This document shows, in pieces, positions 16,096 through 24,866 of a stretch of DNA of 63,040 nt. Below the pieces are notes generated by a model, which was given only the letters and a program-made list of their open reading frames with translations, had not been told where the DNA came from and ran no database searches. Within the stretch, counting starts at the first letter, position 1; each line of letters starts with the position of its first letter. The stretch comes from Thermoplasmatota archaeon (GTDB lineage Archaea > Thermoplasmatota > E2 > DHVEG-1): the NCBI GenBank assembly GCA_016932245.1, contig JAFGDG010000111.1:1-63040 (forward strand), written 5' to 3'. The translations under genes and the position numbers were made by a program.

Positions 16096-17331
16096 ATGGA
16101 ATCGGTCGATATTCTCATCAAAAATGCAAATGAACTTGTCACGTTACAAGGAAAAAACACTCCAAGAACTAAGCATGAGATGGGCCAATTATCTATCATG
16201 CCTCATGGTTCGATAGCCATCAATGACGGAACCATTGTTGCAGTGGGAAATGACGTACGCGTTACTGCAGAGCAGGTTATTGACGCTTCTGGAAAGACCG
16301 TAATTCCTGGGTTTGTCGACCCTCATACTCATGTTGTATTTGCCGGTTCTCGAGAATTCGAGCTTGATATGAAGCTGAAAGGGCATTCATATATGGATAT
16401 TTTACAGCAAGGAGGGGGCATTTTTTATACGGTTGGGCAGACAAGAAAAGCATCTGTTCCGCAACTTCTTAAAGAGAGCACACGCCGTCTTGATACAATG
16501 CTTGCACATGGAACAACGACCTGCGAGGCAAAAAGCGGCTACGGCCTTGATACCAAAACTGAAGTTAAAATTCTCCAAACACAGAACACACTGAATCAAC
16601 GCCATCCTATCGATATTGTCTCAACTTTTCTAGGGGCTCATGCAGTTCCAAAAGCAATGAATGCCGATGAGTATACCAACATCGTAATTGATGAGATGAT
16701 GCCCGCCATACAGAAATTGGCAACCTTTTGCGATGTTTTCTGTGAAGAAAGCGTTTTTACGCCCAAACAGTCACAGCGTATTTTAGAACAAGGCAAGACA
16801 CACGGACTCATTCCAAAGATACATGCTGATGAGATTATTGATACTGGGGGAGCCGCTCTTGCGGCAAAAGTTGGGGCCATCAGTGCCGATCATCTGTTAC
16901 GGTCGTCAACAAAAGGACTTCGAGAGATGGCTAACAAAGGAGTAATTGGTGTTCTCCTTCCCGGTACGCCGTTTTCTTTGATGATGAGCGAGTATGCCTC
17001 TGCTCGAACCATGCTCGATCTTGGAGTATCTCTTGCACTTGCCACTGATCTTAATCCTAACTGTTGGATTGAAAATATGCAATTTATTGTGCAACTTGCT
17101 TGCGTGAAGATGAATATGACTCCTGCAGAAGCACTTACGGCAGCAACATTCAACGCTGCCTGTGCTTTAGGAATGCAACACACTGTCGGTAGCCTCGAAA
17201 AAGGAAAACAAGCAGATGTCCTTGTGCTTGATTGCCCGTCTCACAAGTTTCTTCCATATCGAGTCGGCGTAAATCTTGTTAGTACTGTAATTAAAAAGGG
17301 AACAGTACTTTATGGTTCAAAGCAACCGTGA
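16096..17331 (+). CDS. hutI: imidazolonepropionase
   Basis: IPGFVDPHTHVVFAGSREFELDMKLKGHSYMDILQQGGGI, HADE, and an amidohydrolase fold of appropriate length. Confidence 0.85.
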   Translation: MESVDILIKNANELVTLQGKNTPRTKHEMGQLSIMPHGSIAINDGTIVAVGNDVRVTAEQVIDASGKTVIPGFVDPHTHVVFAGSREFELDMKLKGHSYMDILQQGGGIFYTVGQTRKASVPQLLKESTRRLDTMLAHGTTTCEAKSGYGLDTKTEVKILQTQNTLNQRHPIDIVSTFLGAHAVPKAMNADEYTNIVIDEMMPAIQKLATFCDVFCEESVFTPKQSQRILEQGKTHGLIPKIHADEIIDTGGAALAAKVGAISADHLLRSSTKGLREMANKGVIGVLLPGTPFSLMMSEYASARTMLDLGVSLALATDLNPNCWIENMQFIVQLACVKMNMTPAEALTAATFNAACALGMQHTVGSLEKGKQADVLVLDCPSHKFLPYRVGVNLVSTVIKKGTVLYGSKQP

Positions 17332-17471
17332 AAATAGGTTTAAACAAGTGTACAAAATGGAGGGACAACGGATATTTTTTCCACCCGTAACGAACTGACG
17401 AATTCCCGTATGTGACACGGTAACCCCGAACGCGACACGATGGATTAGAATGGAGAACCAATCATTTAAAA

Positions 17472-17609
17472 CTATTTCTTTTTCTTTTTTTGCCTAATTG
17501 CTTCCCCTATCCCCTTTCCGCCTTGTAACCACGCTTCAGAGATATAGTCCTTTTCTTCCATTAACGCATGGGGCTTTTTTTTCTTCAGCTCTCCAATGCC
17601 GTGAGTCAT
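17472..17609 (-). CDS. possible Lys-rich micro-ORF (45 aa) just downstream of ABCE1
   Basis: Found by hand translation: MTHGIGELKKKKPHALMEEKDYISEAWLQGGKGIGEAIRQKKKKK. The ATG is 13 nt after the ABCE1 stop. No SD and no recognised family. Confidence 0.15.
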   Translation of the reverse strand: MTHGIGELKKKKPHALMEEKDYISEAWLQGGKGIGEAIRQKKKKK

Positions 17610-17622
17610 ACTATCACATCAT

Positions 17623-19395
17623 TTACAAACTATAATAGTATTCTCCCTCTTGCCGTTGTTTTCTGTCCGTATACGAATCTGGCTTGTTGACGCGAGGTCT
17701 TTTAGTGTCCTCATCTCTGCGGAAGGTAATGCCTACGTCCTTGAGAAATCGATTCATGCCTTCATGAAGATTAAAGGGACCACTTCCGCGACCGTATTTT
17801 CCCGGCTCTCCATCAAACACCATTAATGCATCGCTGATCATATCGATGAAGTACACGTCATGATCGACCACCATTGCTGATCTCCCTGATTTTTCAATGA
17901 CGCGTCGCACGGTTCGTGACGTTACCATTCGCTGTTCACTGTCAAGATATGCTGAAGGCTCATCAATCAGGTAAATATCTGCATTCTGCACCAGACAGTG
18001 GGCAATGGCTACTCGTTGTAACTCGCCGCCAGATAGCGTGTCAATCTGTTTTTCAAGGAGATACTTAAGATGAAAAGGCTCAAAGATTTCTGCTTTAAAT
18101 AACGGAGATGTAAACAGCTGCTGTGCACTCATTTCAAAAAATTCCCGTACTGTTCCTGTATATTCGGGAGAAATGTATTGAGGTTTATAGCTTACTTTGA
18201 GATCATAGTCTATCTTTCCTGATGTTGGCTTGACAGCACCAGCAAGCATCTTGACAAATGTTGTTTTTCCAATGGCATTTGGTCCGACAATGCCTATGAT
18301 TTCTCCTTGACGGATAATTCCCTTTTCAATTTCGAGAGTAAAGTTTCCGAAGGATTTTGTTAGATTATCAAAGGAGACGAGAATGTTCATTTCTTGTCGT
18401 TTTTTTGGCGGATGTGCAAAAAACTCTATTTTCTCCCCAAAGCGGATATTTTCCTCTTTAAGATATCCTGAAAGATAGGTGTTAATGGCATGACGTACAC
18501 CGCGGGGGTGGGTTACTACCCCATAGGCACCTTCGTCTCCATACATCAGATGCACGTTATCACACAAAAAATCCAAGACTGCAAGATCGTGCTCGATTAC
18601 CATCACTTTCTTTCTTTCGGCAAGCTCCTTGATAATGCGAGCAACTTTTAATCGCTGATGAATGTCGAGATACGAGGATGGTTCATCAAACAAGTATAAA
18701 TCAACATCTTTGAGCAGGACCGCAGCAATGGAAACCAACTGCAGCTCACCACCAGAAATAGTCCCCTTTTCGATGTGCTTTTCAAGCAGAGATTCCAATC
18801 CTAACTTCTCAACAACTACATTAAATGATCCTGAATTGTCTGCTTTCTTCAGCACTTCTTTGATTGTACCCTTCATAATTTTTGGCAACTTATCGACGTA
18901 CTGAGGTTTGACGATACTTTCCATTTCATGATGTATGATGCTGCTGAAATGGTCATGCAATTCTGTCCCTGCGTAGTACTCGAGGACGTCATCCCAAGAA
19001 AGTTTATTTTTGTATTCTCCTAAGTTTGGTTGTAGTTGACCGGCAAGAATCTTGATGGCAGTTGTTTTTCCGATACCATTGGGACCAAGAATACCGACAC
19101 ATATTCTTTGCTTTGGTGCGGGAAGACGAAACAAGCGAAATCCATTTTTTCCAAATTGATGAACAAGATCGGTTTCTAATGCTTCAGCAAGACTAATAAT
19201 TTTAATAGCATCAAAAGGACATTTGTGAACGCAAATGCCGCATCCCACACAAAGTTCTTCAGAAATGACAGGTTTGCCATCTTCTCCTATACTGATCGTT
19301 TCGTCACCAGCACGTACTCTAGGGCAAAACTTGATACATTCCATGGCACAATTTTTTGGTTTACATCGATCTTTGAGTAGTACAGCAATACGCAT
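17623..19395 (-). CDS. abce1: ABCE1 / RNase L inhibitor-type ribosome recycling ATPase
   Basis: N-terminal double 4Fe-4S domain (CKPKNCAMECIKFCP, CVGCGICVHKCP). Two ABC cassettes (GPNGIGKTT, GPNAIGKTT; LSGGELQ signatures). Confidence 0.9.
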   Translation of the reverse strand: MRIAVLLKDRCKPKNCAMECIKFCPRVRAGDETISIGEDGKPVISEELCVGCGICVHKCPFDAIKIISLAEALETDLVHQFGKNGFRLFRLPAPKQRICVGILGPNGIGKTTAIKILAGQLQPNLGEYKNKLSWDDVLEYYAGTELHDHFSSIIHHEMESIVKPQYVDKLPKIMKGTIKEVLKKADNSGSFNVVVEKLGLESLLEKHIEKGTISGGELQLVSIAAVLLKDVDLYLFDEPSSYLDIHQRLKVARIIKELAERKKVMVIEHDLAVLDFLCDNVHLMYGDEGAYGVVTHPRGVRHAINTYLSGYLKEENIRFGEKIEFFAHPPKKRQEMNILVSFDNLTKSFGNFTLEIEKGIIRQGEIIGIVGPNAIGKTTFVKMLAGAVKPTSGKIDYDLKVSYKPQYISPEYTGTVREFFEMSAQQLFTSPLFKAEIFEPFHLKYLLEKQIDTLSGGELQRVAIAHCLVQNADIYLIDEPSAYLDSEQRMVTSRTVRRVIEKSGRSAMVVDHDVYFIDMISDALMVFDGEPGKYGRGSGPFNLHEGMNRFLKDVGITFRRDEDTKRPRVNKPDSYTDRKQRQEGEYYYSL

Positions 19396-19520
19396 AATGT
19401 CAGCAATGAGAAGAGGCGTGTTTTTAAAAGGTTTGTTCTCTTAGTGGCTCTCGTACGGAAACGAAAAACTATAAGTTCTTGAAATCGATATACCTGCCAT
19501 CATAGGTGGATGAGGAAACC

Positions 19521-19718
19521 ATGGCAGAAGATGATAATATACACATTAGGCTTGAGATAAGTAAAGACCCTACTTCTGGTGATATTACTTTATTAACAAG
19601 ATTTGATGCAAACGCCCCTAATTTTATAAAAGATGAGACAGGATTTAAATGGTTCCCAACACCACAGGAACGGGCATTTCTCAACGAAGCTTTTGATATG
19701 ATTACCAAAAGAAAGTAA
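19521..19718 (+). CDS. small hypothetical protein (65 aa)
   Basis: ATG at 19521 is preceded by AGGTGGATGAGG. A TATA-like CTATAAGTT lies ~45 nt upstream and T-tracts follow the stop. The antisense ORF 19469..19735 is hydrophobic junk. Confidence 0.3.
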   Translation: MAEDDNIHIRLEISKDPTSGDITLLTRFDANAPNFIKDETGFKWFPTPQERAFLNEAFDMITKRK

Positions 19719-19751
19719 ATCAAGTCTTTTTGCATTTTCTTTTTATATGTG

Positions 19752-19967
19752 CTAGATGATGCTATAGATGTTTTCTAAATTTAAAAGATATAGTAACTCG
19801 TCAATACGTTCATTATCAAGATCTCGTTCTAATTTACTTAATGCCTCATGTGCCCGCTGAAAAATCTGCTCCTGTTCCATAACTCCTTGCAGCGTCTTTT
19901 CAATCGCGTTTTGATAGATGTGTTTACACAGTAATATTCCATCTTCAAACGTTAATGTATCTCTCAT
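19752..19967 (-). CDS. small helical hypothetical protein (71 aa)
   Basis: AGGTGGA lies immediately upstream of the ATG and TTTATAAGTAG ~40 nt upstream. No family recognised. Confidence 0.35.
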   Translation of the reverse strand: MRDTLTFEDGILLCKHIYQNAIEKTLQGVMEQEQIFQRAHEALSKLERDLDNERIDELLYLLNLENIYSII

Positions 19968-20038
19968 GATCCACCTGCTTTGTGGTAATAAATTATCTAC
20001 TTATAAAACTTCTTTTAGAATTATCATAATTTTTCTTT

Positions 20039-20548
20039 TTAATTCATTTTCATGTGGCAATGGCTACGAAAAGAACAATGGGTACATCGATGTACGTCTT
20101 GATGATTTCTTTTTAATGTGCCTGTTTTTAATACACCTCTCATTTGTTTGATGGTAGATTCAAGCTCAAAACGAAGTTTCGGATCAAAAGGTATTGTAAA
20201 TTGTTTTGCCGTGTCATAGTACACCAACACACCATAGGGAACGAGATCATTATAGTGTTCTTCCAACAGGTGGCAGTATGCTGCAAGCTGGAAGATATGA
20301 TGTTGTTGCGGTTCATCATGATTACCGGTCTTTACTTCTACAGGGATGTATCGGTTCTGCATTCTAGTAACATAATCCGGTTTTCCCGAGATTCGCTGAC
20401 GTGCAGAAAAAAATGGTTTTGCAGGGGCATTCAAATCGGTGTATGTTATTGTTCCTTCTTGGATAGTGTGCGTTTTTTTAAGAGACTGTACTCGTTTACG
20501 CGTGTTCTTTGCATAGATGATGCATGTTACTGCGAAAACAAAAAACAA
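20039..20548 (-). CDS. Cas4-like PD-(D/E)XK nuclease, core and C-terminal Fe-S Cys cluster (downstream fragment)
   Basis: ISGKPDYV (D), IPVEVKTG (ExK), QLAAYCHLL (QxxxY), C-terminal CTHCSFRSHC (C-x2-C-x5-C). The N-terminus is half of a TM segment. TTG start in the track. Confidence 0.6.
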   Translation of the reverse strand: MFFVFAVTCIIYAKNTRKRVQSLKKTHTIQEGTITYTDLNAPAKPFFSARQRISGKPDYVTRMQNRYIPVEVKTGNHDEPQQHHIFQLAAYCHLLEEHYNDLVPYGVLVYYDTAKQFTIPFDPKLRFELESTIKQMRGVLKTGTLKRNHQDVHRCTHCSFRSHCHMKMN

Positions 20549-20568
20549 GATACTTATTAGAGTATGGG

Positions 20569-20853
20569 TCAGTATGCCATCGCCCCTAGAATAAGGATAA
20601 GAATAGCTATGGCAAGGAGAAGGTATCCTATGATTGCCACGACGTTTGATATCTTGGTACTCTGTTCCACATGGTCAACAATTGCACCAAGAGCTTCGTG
20701 CTTCTGTGCACCGCGGGCAAGGGATGGCGACTGAGGGTCGTAGCCACATTTTTTTAAATACCATGCTACCGAGCAGAAGTGATATTGTCCAATTTCTGAT
20801 GCACTGATGACGTCTGTTTTCTTACATGATATTTGATGCGGTTGTCCCATCAA
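20569..20853 (-). CDS. Cas4-like nuclease N-terminal fragment ending in a TM helix
   Basis: ISASEIGQYHFCSVAWYL carries the first Cas4 Cys motif. ARGAQKHEALG follows, then the hydrophobic VVAIIGYLLLAIAILILILGAMAY and a stop. Confidence 0.5.
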   Translation of the reverse strand: MMGQPHQISCKKTDVISASEIGQYHFCSVAWYLKKCGYDPQSPSLARGAQKHEALGAIVDHVEQSTKISNVVAIIGYLLLAIAILILILGAMAY

Positions 20854-20951
20854 TGGCGGAAGATGATTGCCGGTATTTATGTGTTGGTCGTAGATGGCTG
20901 AAAGTAAACCAGCACCTATATAACAGAAGGCCCGGATATGGAAACGACACG

Positions 20952-22025
20952 ATGGTTACCGAATTGCAAAAAGCATTACGAACACTATCTGAGGTATATG
21001 ATGTTGAGAGTAAAGATACCTTTGTTTCATGCTATATCAATAAACATGACGATCCTAAATTTCTGCAACGGCGAGAACATGCATGCGCATCGTTATTGGG
21101 TCGCGAAGAGCAAGAAAATTTTCAACAAACGATGCAAGAAATTAAAGATTTTCTCCAAATAAAAAACGTGACGTATGGTGCACTTTTCGCATCCTATAAA
21201 CATCGCTTTTTCCACTATGTGTCTTTGCCTGTTACCATCAATAATTTATTTGTCGTCGATTCTTCTCCCTATATTCGTCCTCTCGCTCGCATCAATGACG
21301 AATGGGAATCGTTTACGTTGGTTCTCTTGGACTCCCACTATGCAAAAGTGCTTTCTGTTTCGTTGGGACGTGTGGATCAGACAAGGCAGCTTTCTGCAGA
21401 TATTATGAATAAGCATAAAAAAGGAGGAATGTCACAGGCACGATTCCAACGACTGCGAAAGGGTGCAATGCATACCTTTTTTACAGAGGTGATTGGACGC
21501 CTGGAAGCTGTTGCTGATGACCGTATCATTCTTGCAGGTCCTGGCCAAGCAAAAAAGCAATTTCACGAGCTTCTCCCTCAACATCTTGCTAGTCGTGTTG
21601 TTGATGTTATCGATATCGATATTGATGACGAACAAGAGCTGCTACAAGAATCCCTTCATCTTATTTCTCAGAGGGAGGATACGAAAAGCCATGATGCTGT
21701 GAAACAACTCAAAGCAGAGATTTTGAGAGACGGACTTGTAGCCTATGGTATTGACGAGACGTTACAAGCAGTGAAGAATGGCCAGGTTGACCTGCTGCTT
21801 GTTGAGAAGGATTACAAAGTAAAAGGATGCCTGTGTGAGCACTGTCAAATCTTACGTGCAGGTCCTATAAATGAGTGCCCCGTTTGCGGTGGCCACACCA
21901 CTGAAGCCGATGTTATTGAAGAAATCATCGAATTTGCAGAACGAACGGATGCTACGGTTGAATTTAGCGACGATGAAGAACTTGCCCGTCTTGGTCATGT
22001 TGGTGCCATTCTTCGGTACAAATAG
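20952..22025 (+). CDS. eRF1/Pelota-superfamily paralog (Vms1-like/VLRF1-type candidate) with GGMSQ loop and C-terminal zinc ribbon
   Basis: HKKGGMSQARFQRLRKG aligns with the aRF1 GGQ loop (GRGGQSAxRFxRLR). Zinc-ribbon insertion: CLCEHCQ...CPVCGG. The start was moved to ATG 20952, ~31 nt downstream of CCTATATAAC. The track start at 20826 overlaps the divergent gene. Confidence 0.55.
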   Translation: MVTELQKALRTLSEVYDVESKDTFVSCYINKHDDPKFLQRREHACASLLGREEQENFQQTMQEIKDFLQIKNVTYGALFASYKHRFFHYVSLPVTINNLFVVDSSPYIRPLARINDEWESFTLVLLDSHYAKVLSVSLGRVDQTRQLSADIMNKHKKGGMSQARFQRLRKGAMHTFFTEVIGRLEAVADDRIILAGPGQAKKQFHELLPQHLASRVVDVIDIDIDDEQELLQESLHLISQREDTKSHDAVKQLKAEILRDGLVAYGIDETLQAVKNGQVDLLLVEKDYKVKGCLCEHCQILRAGPINECPVCGGHTTEADVIEEIIEFAERTDATVEFSDDEELARLGHVGAILRYK

Positions 22026-22098
22026 CCGTGGTTGCCCCCACACAACCTTTTTAAAATGATAGTGGATGGAGGCCTTTGGGATACGATATATGACTTTT

Positions 22099-23388
22099 AT
22101 GCTGGGTATTCGTCGAGAAGACAAAAATAAATGGGAACGACGCGTTCCTCTGATTCCTAAACATATTAGTGACTTAAAAGAACAGCATGGCATTCAAACG
22201 ATTATCCAGCCCTCACCTATACGAATTTTCCCCGAAGCATCATACGAGTCGGCAGGTGCGATAGTGCAAGAAGATATTTCTTCCTGTCCCGTGGTGTTTG
22301 CTGTGAAAGAGATTCCTCTCGATTTTTTCCAACGCGGAAAAACCTATGTGTTTTTTTCTCATACCATTAAAGGGCAACAAAACAATATGCCCATGCTTAA
22401 GAAGATGATGGACCTTGAGTGTACATTAATTGATTATGAAAAAATCCTTGATGAGAATGGTCGCCGTTTGGTATTTTTTGGCCGGTATGCAGGTCTTGCA
22501 GGAATGGTTGATTCGTTATGGGCTCTCGGTCAGCGGTTGCAATCAAAAGGAATATCCTCTCCGTTATCGGCTGTTAAGCAAACTATTCATTATGGTACCC
22601 TTGATGATATAAAAGCACAGCTGAAAAGCATCGGCGATCGCATCACTTCCGAAGGGCTACCTGATGTAATAACGCCTCTTGTTATTGGATTTGCTGGATA
22701 CGGAAACGTTTCCAAAGGTGCACAAGAAATCTTGGATCTATTTCCCGTTATAGAAATTGCACCTCAAGAACTCAAAACACTGGGCAACCACCCTTCAAAA
22801 AAACATCTTTACAAAGTCGTCTTCAAGGAAGAAGACATGGTTGCACCACAGTCGCCGACAGATCAGTTTGAGCTGCAAGATTATTACCAACATCCTGAAC
22901 ACTATCACTCGATCTTTCACCAGTACCTTCCACATCTCACAGTTCTTATGAACTGCATCTATTGGTCAAGCAAATATCCCCGACTGATTACCAAAGCATT
23001 TCTGAAAACGCAAGATATCGATCACTTCCGCTTGCAAGTCGTTGGCGATGTCAGTATCGATATCAATGGTGCCGTTGAATTCACTGAAAAAGCAACCACT
23101 CCCGATAATCCTGTGTTTGTCTACGATCCACAAACAGATGGCATTCACGATGGATATAACGGTAGGGGTGTTGTAGTAATGGGAGTAGACAATCTTCCTT
23201 GTGAATTGCCACGGGCGTCATCGCGAGCGTTCAGTAAATCACTGATGCCGTTTGCCCCTCTAATCGCACAAGCAGATTATACTGTCCCCTTTGACCAGAT
23301 ACAGTTGCCGCCAGTCATTAAAAATGCCATTGTTCTCTATCAAGGGAAACTGACACCGGCCTACCACTATATCAACACCTTTTTATGA
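22099..23388 (+). CDS. lysine-ketoglutarate reductase-like saccharopine dehydrogenase (L-lysine-forming; AASS N-terminal-domain homolog)
   Basis: LGIRREDKNKWERRVPLIPKHI...IQPSPIRIF...YVFFSHTIKGQQNNMPMLKKMMDLECTLIDYEKI...FGRYAGLAGM closely parallels the LKR half of eukaryotic AASS. Confidence 0.7.
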   Translation: MLGIRREDKNKWERRVPLIPKHISDLKEQHGIQTIIQPSPIRIFPEASYESAGAIVQEDISSCPVVFAVKEIPLDFFQRGKTYVFFSHTIKGQQNNMPMLKKMMDLECTLIDYEKILDENGRRLVFFGRYAGLAGMVDSLWALGQRLQSKGISSPLSAVKQTIHYGTLDDIKAQLKSIGDRITSEGLPDVITPLVIGFAGYGNVSKGAQEILDLFPVIEIAPQELKTLGNHPSKKHLYKVVFKEEDMVAPQSPTDQFELQDYYQHPEHYHSIFHQYLPHLTVLMNCIYWSSKYPRLITKAFLKTQDIDHFRLQVVGDVSIDINGAVEFTEKATTPDNPVFVYDPQTDGIHDGYNGRGVVVMGVDNLPCELPRASSRAFSKSLMPFAPLIAQADYTVPFDQIQLPPVIKNAIVLYQGKLTPAYHYINTFL

Positions 23389-23439
23389 GGGATGCTGTTA
23401 CCCCATTCTTGACGTTTTATCGGTTATGAGGTGATGTAA

Positions 23440-24765
23440 TTGACCAAACACGTTCTCGTTCTTGGCGCAGGCATGGTATCCCGACCGCTAGTTCGCTATT
23501 TGCTTGAGCATGCGGGGTTTTCAGTGACGGTGGCAAGCAGAACTGTCAGCAAGGCAACGCACATCATCGATGGCCATCCGCGAGGAACGGCAAAAGCACT
23601 CGATGTTGATGATGATGCTCAACTGGAACAACTCATTTCGACTACAGATCTCACCGTAAGTCTTCTTCCATATACCTATCATGTTAAGGTTGCGGAGTTG
23701 TGTATCAAGCACAAGAAACATCTGGTTACTACCTCCTATGTCAGTGATGCCATGAAGGCACTTGACAAACGAGCACAAGATGCAGGCATTTTGCTGTTAA
23801 ATGAATGCGGGCTTGATCCCGGTATCGATCATATGTCTGCCATGAGAATTATTCATGATGTTGAGGAAAAAGGAGGCAAGATTGTCAGTTTTAAATCAAC
23901 GACAGGCGCCCTCCCATCTCATGAGGCAAACACCAACCCGTTCGGCTATAAATTTTCATGGTCTCCTCGAGGAGTACTCCTTGCCTCTCGTAACGCTGCG
24001 CGATGGTTGGAGCAAGGGAAAGAGGTATCGGTTCCCGGTGACACGCTTTTTGAACATTATTATTTACAAGATGTGCCCGGCGTCGGTACCTTTGAAAATT
24101 ATCCAAACCGTAATTCTGTTCCATATAAAAACATCTATGGTCTCAACGATGCACACACCGTCTATCGCGGGACCTTCCGTATGGCTGGATGGTGTGAAAC
24201 AATGAGGAATATTGTGGCGTTGGGATGGTTGAGGGATACGCCATTTAATGGCTTTTCAGGTGCAACCTATGGTGGCCTCACTCGACGTCTTATTGGAGCA
24301 AATGCAAAAGACGATCTTGCAAAAGCGACTGCCAACTATCTTGACCTCAAACCCTATGCAACTGTTATCAAGCGACTGTCATGGCTAGGTCTCTTTGGCG
24401 ACGAGTCGTTGCCTGCCGATCGAAACACACCGCTTGATTATCTGAACGTTCTTACACTTAAAAAAATGGCACTTGACAAAAGTGAGCGAGACATGATTGT
24501 CATGCATCATGAGTTCATTGCTCAGTATCCCTCAAAGAAAGAATACATCACCGCGACCTTGGTTGATTACGGCATTCCCAATGGCGATTCATCGGTTTCA
24601 CGAACGGTTGCTTTGCCAGCAGCAATAGCAGTGAGAATGATTCTTGAAGGCGACATCGACATTTCTGGCGTACATATTCCTGTCATTCCAGAAATCTATA
24701 CTCCTATTCTTGATGAATTAGAACAGATGAATATTGCCTTCTGCGAACAGAAAAAAACGTTGTAG
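23440..24765 (+). CDS. saccharopine dehydrogenase (L-glutamate-forming) / saccharopine reductase
   Basis: Rossmann segment KHVLVLGAGMVSRPLVRYL. LNECGLDPGIDHM is typical of saccharopine reductases. TTG start with GAGGTGAT SD. Confidence 0.8.
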   Translation: MTKHVLVLGAGMVSRPLVRYLLEHAGFSVTVASRTVSKATHIIDGHPRGTAKALDVDDDAQLEQLISTTDLTVSLLPYTYHVKVAELCIKHKKHLVTTSYVSDAMKALDKRAQDAGILLLNECGLDPGIDHMSAMRIIHDVEEKGGKIVSFKSTTGALPSHEANTNPFGYKFSWSPRGVLLASRNAARWLEQGKEVSVPGDTLFEHYYLQDVPGVGTFENYPNRNSVPYKNIYGLNDAHTVYRGTFRMAGWCETMRNIVALGWLRDTPFNGFSGATYGGLTRRLIGANAKDDLAKATANYLDLKPYATVIKRLSWLGLFGDESLPADRNTPLDYLNVLTLKKMALDKSERDMIVMHHEFIAQYPSKKEYITATLVDYGIPNGDSSVSRTVALPAAIAVRMILEGDIDISGVHIPVIPEIYTPILDELEQMNIAFCEQKKTL

Positions 24766-24866
24766 GTTTTTTGAATGTTGTTTGGTTTTTTCCGAACGTT
24801 TTCTGACAATATATAAATCATACCTGATATAACGTGATGGTAAGAAGCATTTGGAGTTTGATTACC

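Noticed and set aside
17332-17471. A relatively GC-rich 140-nt intergenic stretch after hutI was considered as a tRNA, a C/D-box sRNA or another ncRNA.
   Set aside because: There is no T-loop (GGTTCRANYC) or acceptor-stem pairing. There is no ordered C (RUGAUGA) / D (CUGA) box arrangement. Only 4-bp stems were found by eye.
20826-20951. The 42-aa N-terminal extension of the eRF1-like ORF (MIFDAVVPSMAEDDCRYLCVGRRW...).
   Set aside because: It overlaps the divergent Cas4-like fragment and the shared promoter. A TATA box 31 nt upstream supports the ATG at 20952.
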